Source of the DNA: an uncultured Acidobacteriota bacterium
Lineage (GTDB): Bacteria > Acidobacteriota > Thermoanaerobaculia > Gp7-AA8
Direction of reading: 5' to 3'
Length of the DNA: 64,000 nucleotides
Assembly (NCBI GenBank): GCA_963822445.1
Contig: CAWGHO010000001.1
Location: 800,001 to 864,000, forward strand
A model generated the notes under the pieces. That model was given only the letters and a program-made list of their open reading frames with translations, was not told the origin of the DNA and ran no database searches. Positions 43,214 to 53,963 of this stretch are shown here, in pieces. The translations under genes were made by a program, and so were the position numbers. How positions within the stretch are numbered: position 1 is the first letter of the stretch; the number at the start of each line of letters is the position of its first letter.

Positions 43214-44388
43214 GATGGGGATTCCCTTTCAGATTCAGCGAGTAGTTTCCTGTATTCGGCAACGAGCTCGCGCCAGATCACCTCGGCGGTGTACTTCTCG
43301 AGAACCCGCGTCCGTGCGGAAGCGCCATGGCGGGCGAGCATCTCGCGATCGGCGTAGTAGCGATCGATGGCGTTGGCCAGAGCAGTTGCATCTCCCACCG
43401 GGACGATCGCACCGGTTACGCCATCATCCACCGAGTCGATGCAACCGGCAGCGTCGGTCGTGACGGCAGCGATGCCCATGGCCGCCGCCTCGAGAACGGC
43501 CATCGGAAATCCTTCCCGATACGACGGCAAGACGAGCAGGTCGAGTCCCGCGTACAGAGAGGGCATGTCCGTTCCCCATCCGAGGAAGTGAATGCCTGGG
43601 GTCGTGGCAATGGCTTGCTTGATTTCGTTCGAGACCGGGTCCTGGTCCTCGTACTCGCCGGCGATGACCAGCTCGACATCGGAGTGGCGCTCCCGAAGCA
43701 TAAGAAACGCCTGAACCAGCTCGGCCACGCCCTTGTCGCGGGTCATTCGTCCCGCGAAACCGATCGCGAACGCGTTCTCGGAGACCCCGCTGCGCGCGCG
43801 CGAGCTCGCGCGTTGCTCGGCAGTGGGCGGTGTGAAGCGCGCGACATCAACACCGTTCGCGCTGCCGCTGCCGATCACGATCGTCTTCGACGCCGCGGAG
43901 AGCTTCTCTTCGACGACGAAGTCGCGCAGCGAGAAACTGTTCACCCACACGCGATGCGCCAGGGCGCAGGAGAGCTTCGTCGCGAGGTCGAGCAACGTTC
44001 GCGAGAAACCCGTTCTGGTCATTTGTACGAGTCCGATGATGGAGAGAAACGCTTTTGCTCCGACGGCCCGCGCCGCGATGGTGCCGAGCAACCCAGCCTT
44101 CGGGGAATGGGCGTGGACGATGTCGGGCCGAAGGCGGCGCAGCGTACGAATGAGCTTGATCAGGCTGATCGCATCGGCGATCGGCGAAATGTTCCGCCGC
44201 ATGGGGACCGCGACGACTGGCACGTGCTCGCGTGCAGCAAATGAGTCGAGGAGCGGACCGGGGGAGCTCACCCCGATCACATCGAAGCCGTTCTCGCGTA
44301 AGAACGGAGCCTGCCCGCGAAACACGTCGAGAGTCTGAGGGACTGTCGTCACATGCACCAGGCGGACGCGCCGGTCCCGGTCAGACAT
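43210..44388 (-). CDS. Glycosyltransferase family 4 (PglA-like)
   Basis: HAHSPKAG, GSANGVD, DKGVAEL, LPSYREGFPMAVLEA; start ATG 44388. Confidence 0.92.
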   Translation of the reverse strand: MSDRDRRVRLVHVTTVPQTLDVFRGQAPFLRENGFDVIGVSSPGPLLDSFAAREHVPVVAVPMRRNISPIADAISLIKLIRTLRRLRPDIVHAHSPKAGLLGTIAARAVGAKAFLSIIGLVQMTRTGFSRTLLDLATKLSCALAHRVWVNSFSLRDFVVEEKLSAASKTIVIGSGSANGVDVARFTPPTAEQRASSRARSGVSENAFAIGFAGRMTRDKGVAELVQAFLMLRERHSDVELVIAGEYEDQDPVSNEIKQAIATTPGIHFLGWGTDMPSLYAGLDLLVLPSYREGFPMAVLEAAAMGIAAVTTDAAGCIDSVDDGVTGAIVPVGDATALANAIDRYYADREMLARHGASARTRVLEKYTAEVIWRELVAEYRKLLAESERESPS

Positions 44389-45553
44389 GGGCCGTCCTCT
44401 CCCGAAGCGTGCGGTAAAACTCGATGCGCGTCGCCAGGAGTTTTTCCTGCTCGTACTCGTGAGCACGCGCGAGGTTCCGCTCCGACATCGCACGCATGCG
44501 GGTCTCGCTGCCGATCACTTCGTCGATTTTTTCGGCCAGGCGATCAGCATCTCCACGGGGCACGAGATCCGCGGCATCGAGGAGCTCGGGAATCCCGCCC
44601 GCATCCGACGCGACGCACGGGAGAGCGCGGGCCATGGCCTCGATGAGTGCGCGCGGCAGCCCTTCCGTTCGAGACGGAAAGACGAACAGATCGGCCGCGT
44701 CCAGCCGTTCGCGCACTGCCGCGCTGCCAGGCAAAGCGCCGGTGAACGTAACCCGATCCTGTACGCCGAGTTTCGCCGCGAGCCCGGCAAGCAGGTCGCG
44801 ATGCCTGCCGCCCCCGACGAACGTCAAGCGCACGTCGCGTCCCTTGCCCGCGAGCTGCGAGACGGCAGTGATGAGAAGGTCCTGACCTTTGTAGAGCTGG
44901 TCGAGCGTTCCCACGGTCACGAGCTGCACCGTGCCGCCCGGACGGAAACGCTCGCGTGCCGAAGCGACGAACGCGTCCTTTCCCAGCTGGACGTCGGACG
45001 CGGAGAACATCGGCCCCGCACATGGATACCGGCGCTGCAGATAGTTCTTCGTGACGTAAATCGCCGTCGCGGCGGATCGGCATTGCCGCGTCAACTCGCT
45101 GGTCAACCAGTACCGCAGCACGGGACGCAGGGGATGCTCGATGACTCCCGGTTCGAAGACGTCCCGCGGATCGCCCACCACTTCGCAGGCATACGGCTGC
45201 CCCGGACGAATCACCAACTTGCGGAAGAGTCCCGCCAGCGGAACGTTGCGCAGGATGACGGCATCGCCCTTCGCGACCGACCCTTTCACCGCCGCTGCAA
45301 GACGCATCGACGACCGGGCGAACGCCGCGGGGCCCACGTAGTACGGAAGCGGCCACACTTCGACGTTCGGACCTTCGACGGGAATCATCGTTCCCTGATG
45401 ACGCTCGACCGTGCGGACACGCCCCACCACCCGCACGGAGTCGAAGACCTCGAGATAAGGACGCCAGTACGAATACGCGAAGGCATCGGGCGTCCAGACA
45501 GACCCGTCGGGCAGGCGATCGAACCGCTGGTCGCTGGTGATGGTCAGACGCAT
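44381..45553 (-). CDS. Glycosyltransferase family 4
   Basis: YKGQD, FVFPSRTEGLPRALIEAMA, GGIPEL. Confidence 0.92.
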   Translation of the reverse strand: MRLTITSDQRFDRLPDGSVWTPDAFAYSYWRPYLEVFDSVRVVGRVRTVERHQGTMIPVEGPNVEVWPLPYYVGPAAFARSSMRLAAAVKGSVAKGDAVILRNVPLAGLFRKLVIRPGQPYACEVVGDPRDVFEPGVIEHPLRPVLRYWLTSELTRQCRSAATAIYVTKNYLQRRYPCAGPMFSASDVQLGKDAFVASARERFRPGGTVQLVTVGTLDQLYKGQDLLITAVSQLAGKGRDVRLTFVGGGRHRDLLAGLAAKLGVQDRVTFTGALPGSAAVRERLDAADLFVFPSRTEGLPRALIEAMARALPCVASDAGGIPELLDAADLVPRGDADRLAEKIDEVIGSETRMRAMSERNLARAHEYEQEKLLATRIEFYRTLRERTAHV

Positions 45554-45582
45554 GAATTCCTGGGGATCACTTCCCGCGAGGC

Positions 45583-46785
45583 CTAGGTCGTTACCGCGGT
45601 TCGCTCCACGGCCGCGGTCAGCCGCTCACAGACATACCCGACCTGCTCCTCGGTCATCACGCTGGAGAAGGGCAGCGCCAGCGAGACGTCGCCGAGGCGC
45701 TCGGTGACGGGAAAGTCGGTTCGCTGGTAGCCGTACTTGTTCGCGTAGAAAGGCTGCAGATGGATTGGCGTGAAGTAGGGGCGGCTGGGAACGCCGTCTT
45801 CCTGCAGAAGCTCGAGCACGCGGTCCCGATCTGCCGGAGGATTGACGCGAACCACGTAGACGAACCAGGACATGCGCGTGGTCGTCGCGAGGATCCGCGG
45901 CGTCTCGATCAGTTCCGTTTTTGCGAGATGCTCGTTGTACCAGCCCGCGACGCGCTCCCGTTTCGCCAGCAGCTCGTCGAGTCGCGACAGCTGGGCGATA
46001 CCAAGTGCGGAACTGAGCTCGTCGAGGCGGTAGTTGTAGCCGAGCCGCGTGTGACTCAGCCAGGCGTCGAAGACGTCCCGTCCCTGATTTCTGAGCGACC
46101 GGAACAGCTCGGCCCAGTCCTCGCGCAGGGTGACGATCACGCCACCTTCACCGGTAGTCATCTGTTTGTTCGGATAGAAGGCGAATACTCCCGCGTCGCC
46201 GAGCGTGCCCGCCGGCCGGCCTTTGTAGTGCGCGCCGATGGCTTCGCAGGAGTCCTCGATGATGGGGAGCGACCAGCGTTTTGCGACCTCGCTGATCGGA
46301 TCCATGTCGGCCGGTTGTCCGAACGCGTCAACCGGTAAGAGAGCTTTCAACGTGGGCCTCGTACGCCCGCGCATCCGGGGTGGCAGCCAGCGGTCGGCGG
46401 AAGGCGAATCGTTCATCAGGTCATCGACACACTGCGCGAGCTGCGCCGTGTCGACGTTACCGCTCACGGGGTCGACGTCGACGAAGATCGGCGTTGCACG
46501 CTCATAAAGAATCGCGTTCGCGGATGCGATGAAGGAGAACGGCGTCGTCAACACCGCATCCCCCTCGCCCGCCCCGGCGGCGATCACGGCCATGTGCAGA
46601 CCGCTGGTCCCGGAGTTCACCGCGACGGCATGTCCGACCCCGGCGTATTCGGCGATCTTTTTTTCGAACGAGACCACCTGCGGCCCGATGCTCAGAAACG
46701 TCGTGTTCATCACGTCGGCGACGGCCTGTCTTTCCACGTCGGTGATGTCCGGCGCCGACATGGGGATGTGCATCTTCGCGGTCAT
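45583..46785 (-). CDS. DegT/DnrJ/EryC1/StrS PLP-dependent sugar aminotransferase
   Basis: NSGTSGLH, EDSCEA, FAFYPNKQMTTGEGG, GYNYRL; ATG 46785 with GGAGG SD. Confidence 0.94.
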   Translation of the reverse strand: MTAKMHIPMSAPDITDVERQAVADVMNTTFLSIGPQVVSFEKKIAEYAGVGHAVAVNSGTSGLHMAVIAAGAGEGDAVLTTPFSFIASANAILYERATPIFVDVDPVSGNVDTAQLAQCVDDLMNDSPSADRWLPPRMRGRTRPTLKALLPVDAFGQPADMDPISEVAKRWSLPIIEDSCEAIGAHYKGRPAGTLGDAGVFAFYPNKQMTTGEGGVIVTLREDWAELFRSLRNQGRDVFDAWLSHTRLGYNYRLDELSSALGIAQLSRLDELLAKRERVAGWYNEHLAKTELIETPRILATTTRMSWFVYVVRVNPPADRDRVLELLQEDGVPSRPYFTPIHLQPFYANKYGYQRTDFPVTERLGDVSLALPFSSVMTEEQVGYVCERLTAAVERTAVTT

Positions 46786-46802
46786 ATATCCTCCGGGGCG
46801 AT

Positions 46803-47546
46803 TCAGCGGAACAGAGCGCCCAGCCGCCACAAGACGAAGGCGGCAGTGTAGCGAAGCGCGCCATACGCGCCGCGTAACGGGGTGCCGGCTCGTAGTCCAT
46901 GGCGCCAAACGGTGCGGCCGGCATCGCGGGCCTGCTTCCAGGTCGCGCGCGTGGGTGCTCGATACTGAATCAGCGGTTCTTGAATGTTGTAGTAGCGGAA
47001 TCGGGTCACGCCGCGCAGCCAGAGGTCGTAATCCTCGGCCCGCTGAATCGACTCGTCATACCCACCGAGCGTTTCGAGAAAGTTTCGCCGCATCATGACG
47101 GTGGGATGAATGAACGGGTTTTCAGTGAAGAGCAGTCGCGTCATCTGCTCGTGTCTCTCGTGCCGCTCGTAAATCGCGTCGCTGCCCAGCAGGGTGGCCG
47201 CGCCACCGACTACGTCGATCTCGGGATGGACGCGCAGAAACTCGACCTGCCGCTGCAGCCGATGAGGCAACGCAACGTCGTCGGCATCCATCCGCGCGAT
47301 GAGCGAACCCGTTGACGCCCGAAATGCGACGTTGAGCGAGGCCGAGAGGCCGGAGTTCGCGGCGTTATAGAGGACGCGAATTCTGGGATCGTCGTAGCGC
47401 TCGAGCCGTTTCCGCGTGTCATCAGTGGATCCATCGTCCACGACGATGAGCTCCCAATCACGAAACGACTGCGCGAGGATGCTGCCCATCGCCTCGTCGA
47501 CCGTACCAGCGCCGTTGTACACGGCCATGAGCACCGAGACCAGCAT
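46803..47546 (-). CDS. Glycosyltransferase family 2
   Basis: VSVLMAVYN, IVVDDGSTD, ARMDADD, EDYDLW; start ATG 47546. Confidence 0.92.
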   Translation of the reverse strand: MLVSVLMAVYNGAGTVDEAMGSILAQSFRDWELIVVDDGSTDDTRKRLERYDDPRIRVLYNAANSGLSASLNVAFRASTGSLIARMDADDVALPHRLQRQVEFLRVHPEIDVVGGAATLLGSDAIYERHERHEQMTRLLFTENPFIHPTVMMRRNFLETLGGYDESIQRAEDYDLWLRGVTRFRYYNIQEPLIQYRAPTRATWKQARDAGRTVWRHGLRAGTPLRGAYGALRYTAAFVLWRLGALFR

Positions 47547-47554
47547 CGGAGCAC

Positions 47555-48460
47555 TCAGGCCTTGCGGCCCATCACATAGATGACGTGATCGTTTGGCGGC
47601 TTCTGCCAATGTTCGTGCTCGATGCTGTAGCCGGCCCCTTTCAGGAGCGCGATCAGCTCGTCGTAATTCGGATGCCACATGTGCTCGTCGTGAGGAGCGC
47701 GACCGGTGAGGCGCCGGCCGACCGCGGCGAGCGTGTTCCCGAGACCTTCGTCGCGCAGCTTCTTCTTCGTGCGCGGCCACCACGAGCGGATACCGTGATC
47801 GTACGGCAGCGAGGACTTTCCGCCCGTTACATGCAGTCCGACCAGGAGACGCCCACCGGGCTTGAGCACTCGCTTCGCTTCCTTCAGGGATGCCGCGGCG
47901 TCCGCGAAGTGATCGAGGACCGAGCGCATGTGCACGACATCGAACGTTTCATCCGCCACCGGCAGCGCCTCTGCCACGCCCTGCACGAACGGGCAGGGCT
48001 CGGCCAGCACCGGATACGCGCGCCGGAGGTTCGGCCTCCGCGAGACCGACAGAACCGCATTGGCGAAAGGGTCGACGACCAGATACTTCGATGTGTCGCG
48101 CAGAAAATGCCGGAGCCGTCCATCCAGGCCACCCACGTCGAGAACAGCGCCTTCCAGCGGATAAACGTCCGTGTAGATCTCCCGGGTGGCCTCGATCTCA
48201 CCGGCGAAAAAGTCGTAGTCGTCTGGAAACCGGAGCAACCATTCTTCAAACTCGTCCTGGCCGTGCTGCCATTTATGGGCGATGTCCTCGGTGACGGTCG
48301 TCCGCATGAAGCTCCACACGCCGTCCTTCCGCGTATGGCTCTGGCCGCAACTCGTACAACGGGCAACGTCACCCTGAAAATCGAGTGGTGCCTTGCAGGC
48401 CGGGCATCGGATGAACGAATGGTAAGACTCCGGGAGGACGGGTTTCATAGGGCGGCACAT
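47555..48460 (-). CDS. SAM-dependent methyltransferase with Trm112-like Zn finger
   Basis: CPAC...CTSC, VLDVGG, AEALP, SVLDH, LKPGG; start may be ATG 48448. Confidence 0.87.
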   Translation of the reverse strand: MCRPMKPVLPESYHSFIRCPACKAPLDFQGDVARCTSCGQSHTRKDGVWSFMRTTVTEDIAHKWQHGQDEFEEWLLRFPDDYDFFAGEIEATREIYTDVYPLEGAVLDVGGLDGRLRHFLRDTSKYLVVDPFANAVLSVSRRPNLRRAYPVLAEPCPFVQGVAEALPVADETFDVVHMRSVLDHFADAAASLKEAKRVLKPGGRLLVGLHVTGGKSSLPYDHGIRSWWPRTKKKLRDEGLGNTLAAVGRRLTGRAPHDEHMWHPNYDELIALLKGAGYSIEHEHWQKPPNDHVIYVMGRKA

Positions 48461-48466
48461 TCTAGA

Positions 48467-49633
48467 TCAAATGGAAGCGAGGAGAAGACCGATCCGGTGC
48501 GCCCATGTGTGCTCCTGAACACACCGCCTCCGCCCGGCCGCACCTACCTGTTCGCGCTCGTCATGATGGGCGAGAAAGTAACGCACCTTCTCGATTGCAT
48601 CAGGCACGTCCGCGAACGTTCCCAGCTCGCGACCGCTCTCGAAGAGCGGCGCGAAGTCGGGATTTTCGTGGGTGATGTACATGCTGCCGGTCATGGTCGC
48701 GTCGAAGTCGCGAAGCTTCAATGCGACGAAGTCTTCACAATGGCCGATCGTCCCGCAGCCGAGCACGATTCTGCTGTGGGCGAAGAGCTCCGGAATGTCC
48801 TCGGTCGGGATCCGGCCAGCCGGCCAGCCATTGCCGTATGCCTGAACGCGCACACCGGCGCGCTCGAGGGCACGAACCAGTTTTCCGCGGATGCCGTAGC
48901 TCGCGCCGACGAACGAGACGTCGTATCGCTTCGTGCCGTCGCCCGGGCTGAACAGGTCCGGATCGCTGGCCTCGGGGAAGAAAATGGCCCGCGTGCCTTC
49001 GGCTTCATACCAGCTCACCGTTTCAGCGGCATCGGTACAGCCAAGCGTGAGGTACGGCGCAAGTCCGCGCGTGCCGCCGTCGGTACCATCCGGCATCTTC
49101 CGGCCACGCCAGGCGTGGCGATCGTCCATGGCGATGTTCACCACCGCGATCCCGCGCTCGCGAAGATCGGCCAGCGTCCGCCAGTGCATGGTGAAGCCCC
49201 ACATCTGGCCGATGACCGCGTCGACCTTGCCGATGCGGTCGACCATGTCTCGCAACACTTTCGCATTGTGCTCGCGCACTTCGTCGAGCTCGCCGGCAAC
49301 CATCGGCCAACGCTGTCCATGCTGCCCGGGCCCATGCTCGAATACATGAAGGTTCGTCGACGCCCTCAGCGCCTGGATCGTTCCCGACCGATCCTGCTCG
49401 TAATCAGTGCCTACGAAGATCACAGTCGGCTTTTCGTCCGGAGCGGCGATTGATCGCCGGGCATTCCACCGCTCTGCCGTCAATCGGGCAATCGCTTGGG
49501 GATCACTGAGAATCGAAGGAGTGCCGTAATGCGCACACAAAGCGTTGTACTCGCGCTTCGCCTGCCAGCATTTCACCCCTGCGTTGACCGCTCTGGCGAC
49601 GGCGACTCTCTTCAGGATCGCTTTGAAACTCAC
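48467..49633 (-). CDS. Glycosyltransferase, CgeB/Glyco_trans_1_2 type
   Basis: YDVSFVG, YGNGW, KLRDFD, HTWAHRI. Confidence 0.85.
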   Translation of the reverse strand: MSFKAILKRVAVARAVNAGVKCWQAKREYNALCAHYGTPSILSDPQAIARLTAERWNARRSIAAPDEKPTVIFVGTDYEQDRSGTIQALRASTNLHVFEHGPGQHGQRWPMVAGELDEVREHNAKVLRDMVDRIGKVDAVIGQMWGFTMHWRTLADLRERGIAVVNIAMDDRHAWRGRKMPDGTDGGTRGLAPYLTLGCTDAAETVSWYEAEGTRAIFFPEASDPDLFSPGDGTKRYDVSFVGASYGIRGKLVRALERAGVRVQAYGNGWPAGRIPTEDIPELFAHSRIVLGCGTIGHCEDFVALKLRDFDATMTGSMYITHENPDFAPLFESGRELGTFADVPDAIEKVRYFLAHHDEREQVGAAGRRRCVQEHTWAHRIGLLLASI

Positions 49634-50292
49634 GCCTTCAACCGCCAGTTTTCCCAGATGAAGTAATAGTCATACGTCAGCTCGTGTGTGCGACTGAGGC
49701 GCTCTCGCAAGTCGAGGCGGAGCTTCTCCGCGTCAGGGACGAAATTGTGGAACTGGATCTGGATGTCGCGACAGCGGGGGGCGATGCCTTTGCTCAGCAT
49801 CCGATCGAGAAGCGCGTATTCGCCGCCTTCGATGTTCATCTTGATCAGGTCGATGTCGCCGATCCCCAGTTCGCGAAGGACGACCTCGATGTCCCGAAGG
49901 TGAATGTCGATGTGCTGGCGGCTCTGGTGAAAAACGCTGGACCCGTCGGCCGACAGCGAGATCGGCATCGTCGCGTCGGCGTCGGAGAGCCCGTAATTGA
50001 AGACCTGCACGGCGCCGACGCCACGGAAACGTACGCGGATCCGCTCGCAGAATTCGGGCACCGGCTCGAAGACATATACCCGGCATCGGTAGCGCTCATG
50101 GATGTGCGCGGCCCAGTCACCGTTATAGCCGCCAACGTCGAGTACCACGCTCTCCGGTCCGAGCGGATAGTCGAGACGCAGAGTGTCATCGCCGCGATCT
50201 CTGATCCAGCGCCGATGGGCGCGAAGGAAGGGGTCGCGCGTGACGAAGATTCTCCACCAACGGCGGGCCGACCGAACGATGCGCTCAAGCAT
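49630..50292 (-). CDS. FkbM-family methyltransferase
   Basis: VLDVGGYNG, VFEP, IKMNIEGGEY, QIQFH. Confidence 0.9.
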   Translation of the reverse strand: MLERIVRSARRWWRIFVTRDPFLRAHRRWIRDRGDDTLRLDYPLGPESVVLDVGGYNGDWAAHIHERYRCRVYVFEPVPEFCERIRVRFRGVGAVQVFNYGLSDADATMPISLSADGSSVFHQSRQHIDIHLRDIEVVLRELGIGDIDLIKMNIEGGEYALLDRMLSKGIAPRCRDIQIQFHNFVPDAEKLRLDLRERLSRTHELTYDYYFIWENWRLKA

Positions 50293-51703
50293 GGGGCACC
50301 GGAGAGCGTCGACGAACTTTGGTCCTTGCCGGTGCCACGCTCAGGAAAAACCGCGGGATCCCGATCAGAAGCGCAGACGCCCAGATCGTTACGTGGACGA
50401 ACGCGATCTCGACCCAGAACACCATCAGACAAAACACCGTGACGGACAAGGAGGCGATGCCCATCCCCGAGTCCGCGAGTACGCGGCTGATCAGCAGACC
50501 GTACAGAGCGGCGCGCGCGAGCGGACCGTGGCCGCTGGCAGTGTCGAACACTCCGTACAGCGCGCCGAACAAGACCATGCCGGCGATCCCGGCCAGCCCG
50601 AAATGTGCGACCCACTCGCCGACCGCGGTCACAGCCATCTGGTAGTGCGTCGGGAGGTCCGCCCAATCCTGGACCAGGAGGGTGCCGGTCTGGGTCGTCT
50701 CCGTTTTGGTCTCCCAGATGGCGCGAGGCACGAAGAAGAACGCGGACTCGACGAATCCCTGTCCGCCCAGCCGGGTCGTCGTGGAGTCGGCTTTCGACAG
50801 TACGAGCGCCAGCGTGGCAATGTGTCCATGGGGAGTGAGAAGCTGCTCGATCGAGCCCAGGAACTGCGGCTCCTCCCATCCGGCCGTCAGAAAGTAAAGA
50901 TAGTAGTGAACGAAGTTGACGCCGATGGCAACGACCAGCACCACCACCGCGATCACGAACAGACGTCTGATCTTCACTTGTCGCTCCGACAGATAAGTCG
51001 CGAAAAAGGCGACCAGCGTAAAGATGAGCACAGCCCGGAACATCGTCGCCCACTGCCGCGCCATCAGCAGCAGGAGGAGGAGCGTCACGACGATCTTGTC
51101 GAGTGTCCCGAGGCGGCCGCGCAACCAGGCGATCACCCAGATGAGCATCAGCGGTACCGCTGACGCAGCGATCAGATTCGCCAGGACCACGGCCATCGTC
51201 TCGCCGGCAGTCTCGGTGGCGATGCCGAAACGATACGTGTACGCGTTTCGGATGAAAGGTAGTAAGCCTCCAGCCATCCGGATGCGCCCGAGGTGTTGTA
51301 CGAACCCGGCGAGGATCGCGAAAAGCGTCACTCCCATCAACAACAGCTTGTAGGGAGCCTTCCAGCAGCGGTCGAAGTAACCCTCCGTAGCAGCGTCTTT
51401 CAGCTGCTGTCGCGGGTGGCCGGCGAGCCAGGACGCAAGGGCGTATCCATAAAGGAACAGAAGGTATCCGCTGATGCTGACCGCGAGCGCTTTGGGCACC
51501 CAGGCGGCGGCGCTATAGGGGGTAATCATCACCTCGGGAAACTGATCCGGCAACAGCGCCTTCAATGCGCCGCCACTGCTCTCGACCAGAAAAAGCGCCG
51601 AATAGAACGTGAGCAATGTGAACAGGCGGCCGCGCGTCACCTGAAAGAGGATCACCGTCGACGACACCGTGAACGCGATCAGGCCAAGCATCGCGATCGT
51701 CAT
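50285..51703 (-). CDS. wzy: Putative polysaccharide polymerase (Wzy)
   Basis: About 11-12 TM helices, FFVPRAIWETK periplasmic-loop motif, GEWVAHFG; next to the flippase; start ATG 51703. Confidence 0.7.
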   Translation of the reverse strand: MTIAMLGLIAFTVSSTVILFQVTRGRLFTLLTFYSALFLVESSGGALKALLPDQFPEVMITPYSAAAWVPKALAVSISGYLLFLYGYALASWLAGHPRQQLKDAATEGYFDRCWKAPYKLLLMGVTLFAILAGFVQHLGRIRMAGGLLPFIRNAYTYRFGIATETAGETMAVVLANLIAASAVPLMLIWVIAWLRGRLGTLDKIVVTLLLLLLMARQWATMFRAVLIFTLVAFFATYLSERQVKIRRLFVIAVVVLVVAIGVNFVHYYLYFLTAGWEEPQFLGSIEQLLTPHGHIATLALVLSKADSTTTRLGGQGFVESAFFFVPRAIWETKTETTQTGTLLVQDWADLPTHYQMAVTAVGEWVAHFGLAGIAGMVLFGALYGVFDTASGHGPLARAALYGLLISRVLADSGMGIASLSVTVFCLMVFWVEIAFVHVTIWASALLIGIPRFFLSVAPARTKVRRRSPVPHA

Positions 51704-53028
51704 CGTTTGGCCTCGAGCAGACGGCGTAAGGCTAGCCAGGAGGAAGCCGACACCCACGCGCAGTAGACCACGCCGAAGGCGATGGATGCGCCGATGACGC
51801 CGGCGATTCCCCACCACTTGGCCCCCACAAACGTCATCGCCACGCCCGCAATCGCCGTGACGATCTTCGGTGCGGCGAGCGCCGCTGACCGTTTGGAAAT
51901 CATGAAGAACGTGGATGCGACCTGCCCGGTCGCGAACAGTCCACCGGCAACGACTACCCACGGCAGATAGTGCGTGACACCGCGATACTCCGGCGCGAGC
52001 AGCAGGCGTCCAACCAGCGGATGAAACTGAGCGGCGGCGAGGGCTCCGAGGACTGTCGCACCGAGTGTGACGGCGGCGACGCGCGCGTTCAACCGCACTG
52101 CTCCATGGACTCGCGCCGGATCGCTGGCGTCGCCGGCTCTCGCATAGAGGATCGGCTCGAGCACCTGGCCGAGCAGAGACGAGGCCATGAGGATCGGATA
52201 GAAACCGAGCTGGTACACGACCGAGTAATATCCGACGTCCGTCGTCGTGGCAAACGCGCCGAGGGCCCAGCGGTCAGAGACCAGCTGCGCCCAGACGAAA
52301 ATGCCCCACGCCGCAAAGGGCCAACCGTACGTGAGCATCGCGGAGACCCAACGTTGCTCGTCGATCGCTTCAGGACCCGCCATCGGCGCGATCCCCTTGA
52401 TCACGAAATAAAGCTGCGAGGCAAACACGCCCGCCGAAGCCAGCGCGTAGCCGGCCATGGCCATGCCGCTCGTGGCGTGTGCAGTCAGATGGATGAGCAC
52501 GACCGCGACCGCGAACCGCAGCCACGACGCAACGGCGGAATGAGTGGCCGCGACGACGCGGCGGCGGGTCGCGTTCTGCATCCCTCCGAGAACCGCCGAG
52601 CCGCCGGCGAAGAGCGTGAAGGCAAACGCCGCCAGGGTGAGACCGATCCACGCCGCGCGCGAAAGGAGCGCCAGGACAGCCACACCGATACAGGCCAGGA
52701 CACCGATCACCATCGTCGCGCCGAGAAAGAGCTTTTGCACGGCGAGCAGATATCCCCGCAGATCGCCGGCCTCATAAGCCGGCGCGAACTGCCGCAGCGC
52801 GGCAGTCGTAAGCGGTGCGAGCAACACCTGCAGTCCGAGACTGCCCATGGTCATGGCCAGGGCCAGCTCACCATACGCGGCCGGCGACATGGCTTCGGTC
52901 AACACGCGTACGCCGACGACCGAGCCGATGGCGGCCGCCACCTGTCCCGTGCCGACGGCGAGAGCCTCCATGCCGATTCGCCGCAAACCGCCCGACGGGT
53001 TGAACGGCTCTCCCGAACCGAGACTCAT
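51700..53028 (-). CDS. wzx: Putative oligosaccharide flippase (Wzx)
   Basis: Multi-TM MOP-type pattern: [36 protein letters not shown]; ATGA overlap with the fcl stop. Confidence 0.82.
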   Translation of the reverse strand: MSLGSGEPFNPSGGLRRIGMEALAVGTGQVAAAIGSVVGVRVLTEAMSPAAYGELALAMTMGSLGLQVLLAPLTTAALRQFAPAYEAGDLRGYLLAVQKLFLGATMVIGVLACIGVAVLALLSRAAWIGLTLAAFAFTLFAGGSAVLGGMQNATRRRVVAATHSAVASWLRFAVAVVLIHLTAHATSGMAMAGYALASAGVFASQLYFVIKGIAPMAGPEAIDEQRWVSAMLTYGWPFAAWGIFVWAQLVSDRWALGAFATTTDVGYYSVVYQLGFYPILMASSLLGQVLEPILYARAGDASDPARVHGAVRLNARVAAVTLGATVLGALAAAQFHPLVGRLLLAPEYRGVTHYLPWVVVAGGLFATGQVASTFFMISKRSAALAAPKIVTAIAGVAMTFVGAKWWGIAGVIGASIAFGVVYCAWVSASSWLALRRLLEAKR

Positions 53029-53963
53029 CGCGTGTGTTGAAGAAACCACTTGATGGTCCGGTCGAGGCCTTCCTCGAGGCTGGTGTCAGCGCGGAATCCG
53101 AATTCCTTCGCCGCGCGCTGCACGTCGAGCATGCGTCGTGGCTGTCCGTTGGGCTTGGTGGAATCCCAAACGATCTCGCCTTCGAAACCGGTTCGCTCCG
53201 CGATGATCGCCGCGAGTCGCGCGATGGGAACCTCTTCGCCGCGACCGAGATTCACGGGCTCCGGCGAGTCGTACTTTTCCGTTGCCAGCACGATTCCGTC
53301 TGCCGCGTCTTCGACGTACAGGAACTCGCGCGTTGGACTGCCGTCTCCCCAGAGCACGACCCGCTCGTCGCCGCGCGCTTTCGCCTCCACGAACTTGCGG
53401 ATCATCGCCGGAATGACGTGGCTGGTTTCGAGATCGAAGTTGTCGTGCGGTCCGTACAGATTCACAGGCAGCAGGAAGATGCCGTTGAAGTCGTATTCCT
53501 GGCGATACGCCTGCAACTGCACGAGCAGTGCTTTCTTCGCGACTCCGTAAGGGGCGTTGGTTTCCTCCGGATATCCGTTCCAGAGGTCTTCTTCGCGGAA
53601 CGGAATCGGCGCGAACTTCGGATACGCGCAGATCGTTCCAAGGCAGACGAATTTCTCGACGCCAGCGCGACGGGCCTCTTCGATCAGATGGATGCCCATG
53701 ATCGCGTTCTCGTAGAAGAACCTCCCGGGATGCATCCGGTTCGCCCCGATCCCGCCGACGACCGCCGCCGCGTGAATCACGAGGTTTGGACGATGGCTCG
53801 CCAGATAGTCGCGGATGGCGTGAGCGTCGCGCAGATCGAGCTCGCTGGCGCGCGGCGCGAGAAGCTCAGCCGGCCCCTGGCGCTGGATGCGATCCCGCAG
53901 AAAGCCGCCCAGGAACCCGCCGCCACCGGTCAGCAGAACGCGCTTGTCCTGCCAGAACGTCAT
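53025..53963 (-). CDS. fcl: GDP-L-fucose synthase
   Basis: [46 protein letters not shown]. Confidence 0.96.
   Translation of the reverse strand: MTFWQDKRVLLTGGGGFLGGFLRDRIQRQGPAELLAPRASELDLRDAHAIRDYLASHRPNLVIHAAAVVGGIGANRMHPGRFFYENAIMGIHLIEEARRAGVEKFVCLGTICAYPKFAPIPFREEDLWNGYPEETNAPYGVAKKALLVQLQAYRQEYDFNGIFLLPVNLYGPHDNFDLETSHVIPAMIRKFVEAKARGDERVVLWGDGSPTREFLYVEDAADGIVLATEKYDSPEPVNLGRGEEVPIARLAAIIAERTGFEGEIVWDSTKPNGQPRRMLDVQRAAKEFGFRADTSLEEGLDRTIKWFLQHTR

Noticed and set aside
47585-49453. 622-aa plus-strand ORF
   Set aside because: Antisense to the methyltransferase and glycosyltransferase genes; no recognisable motifs
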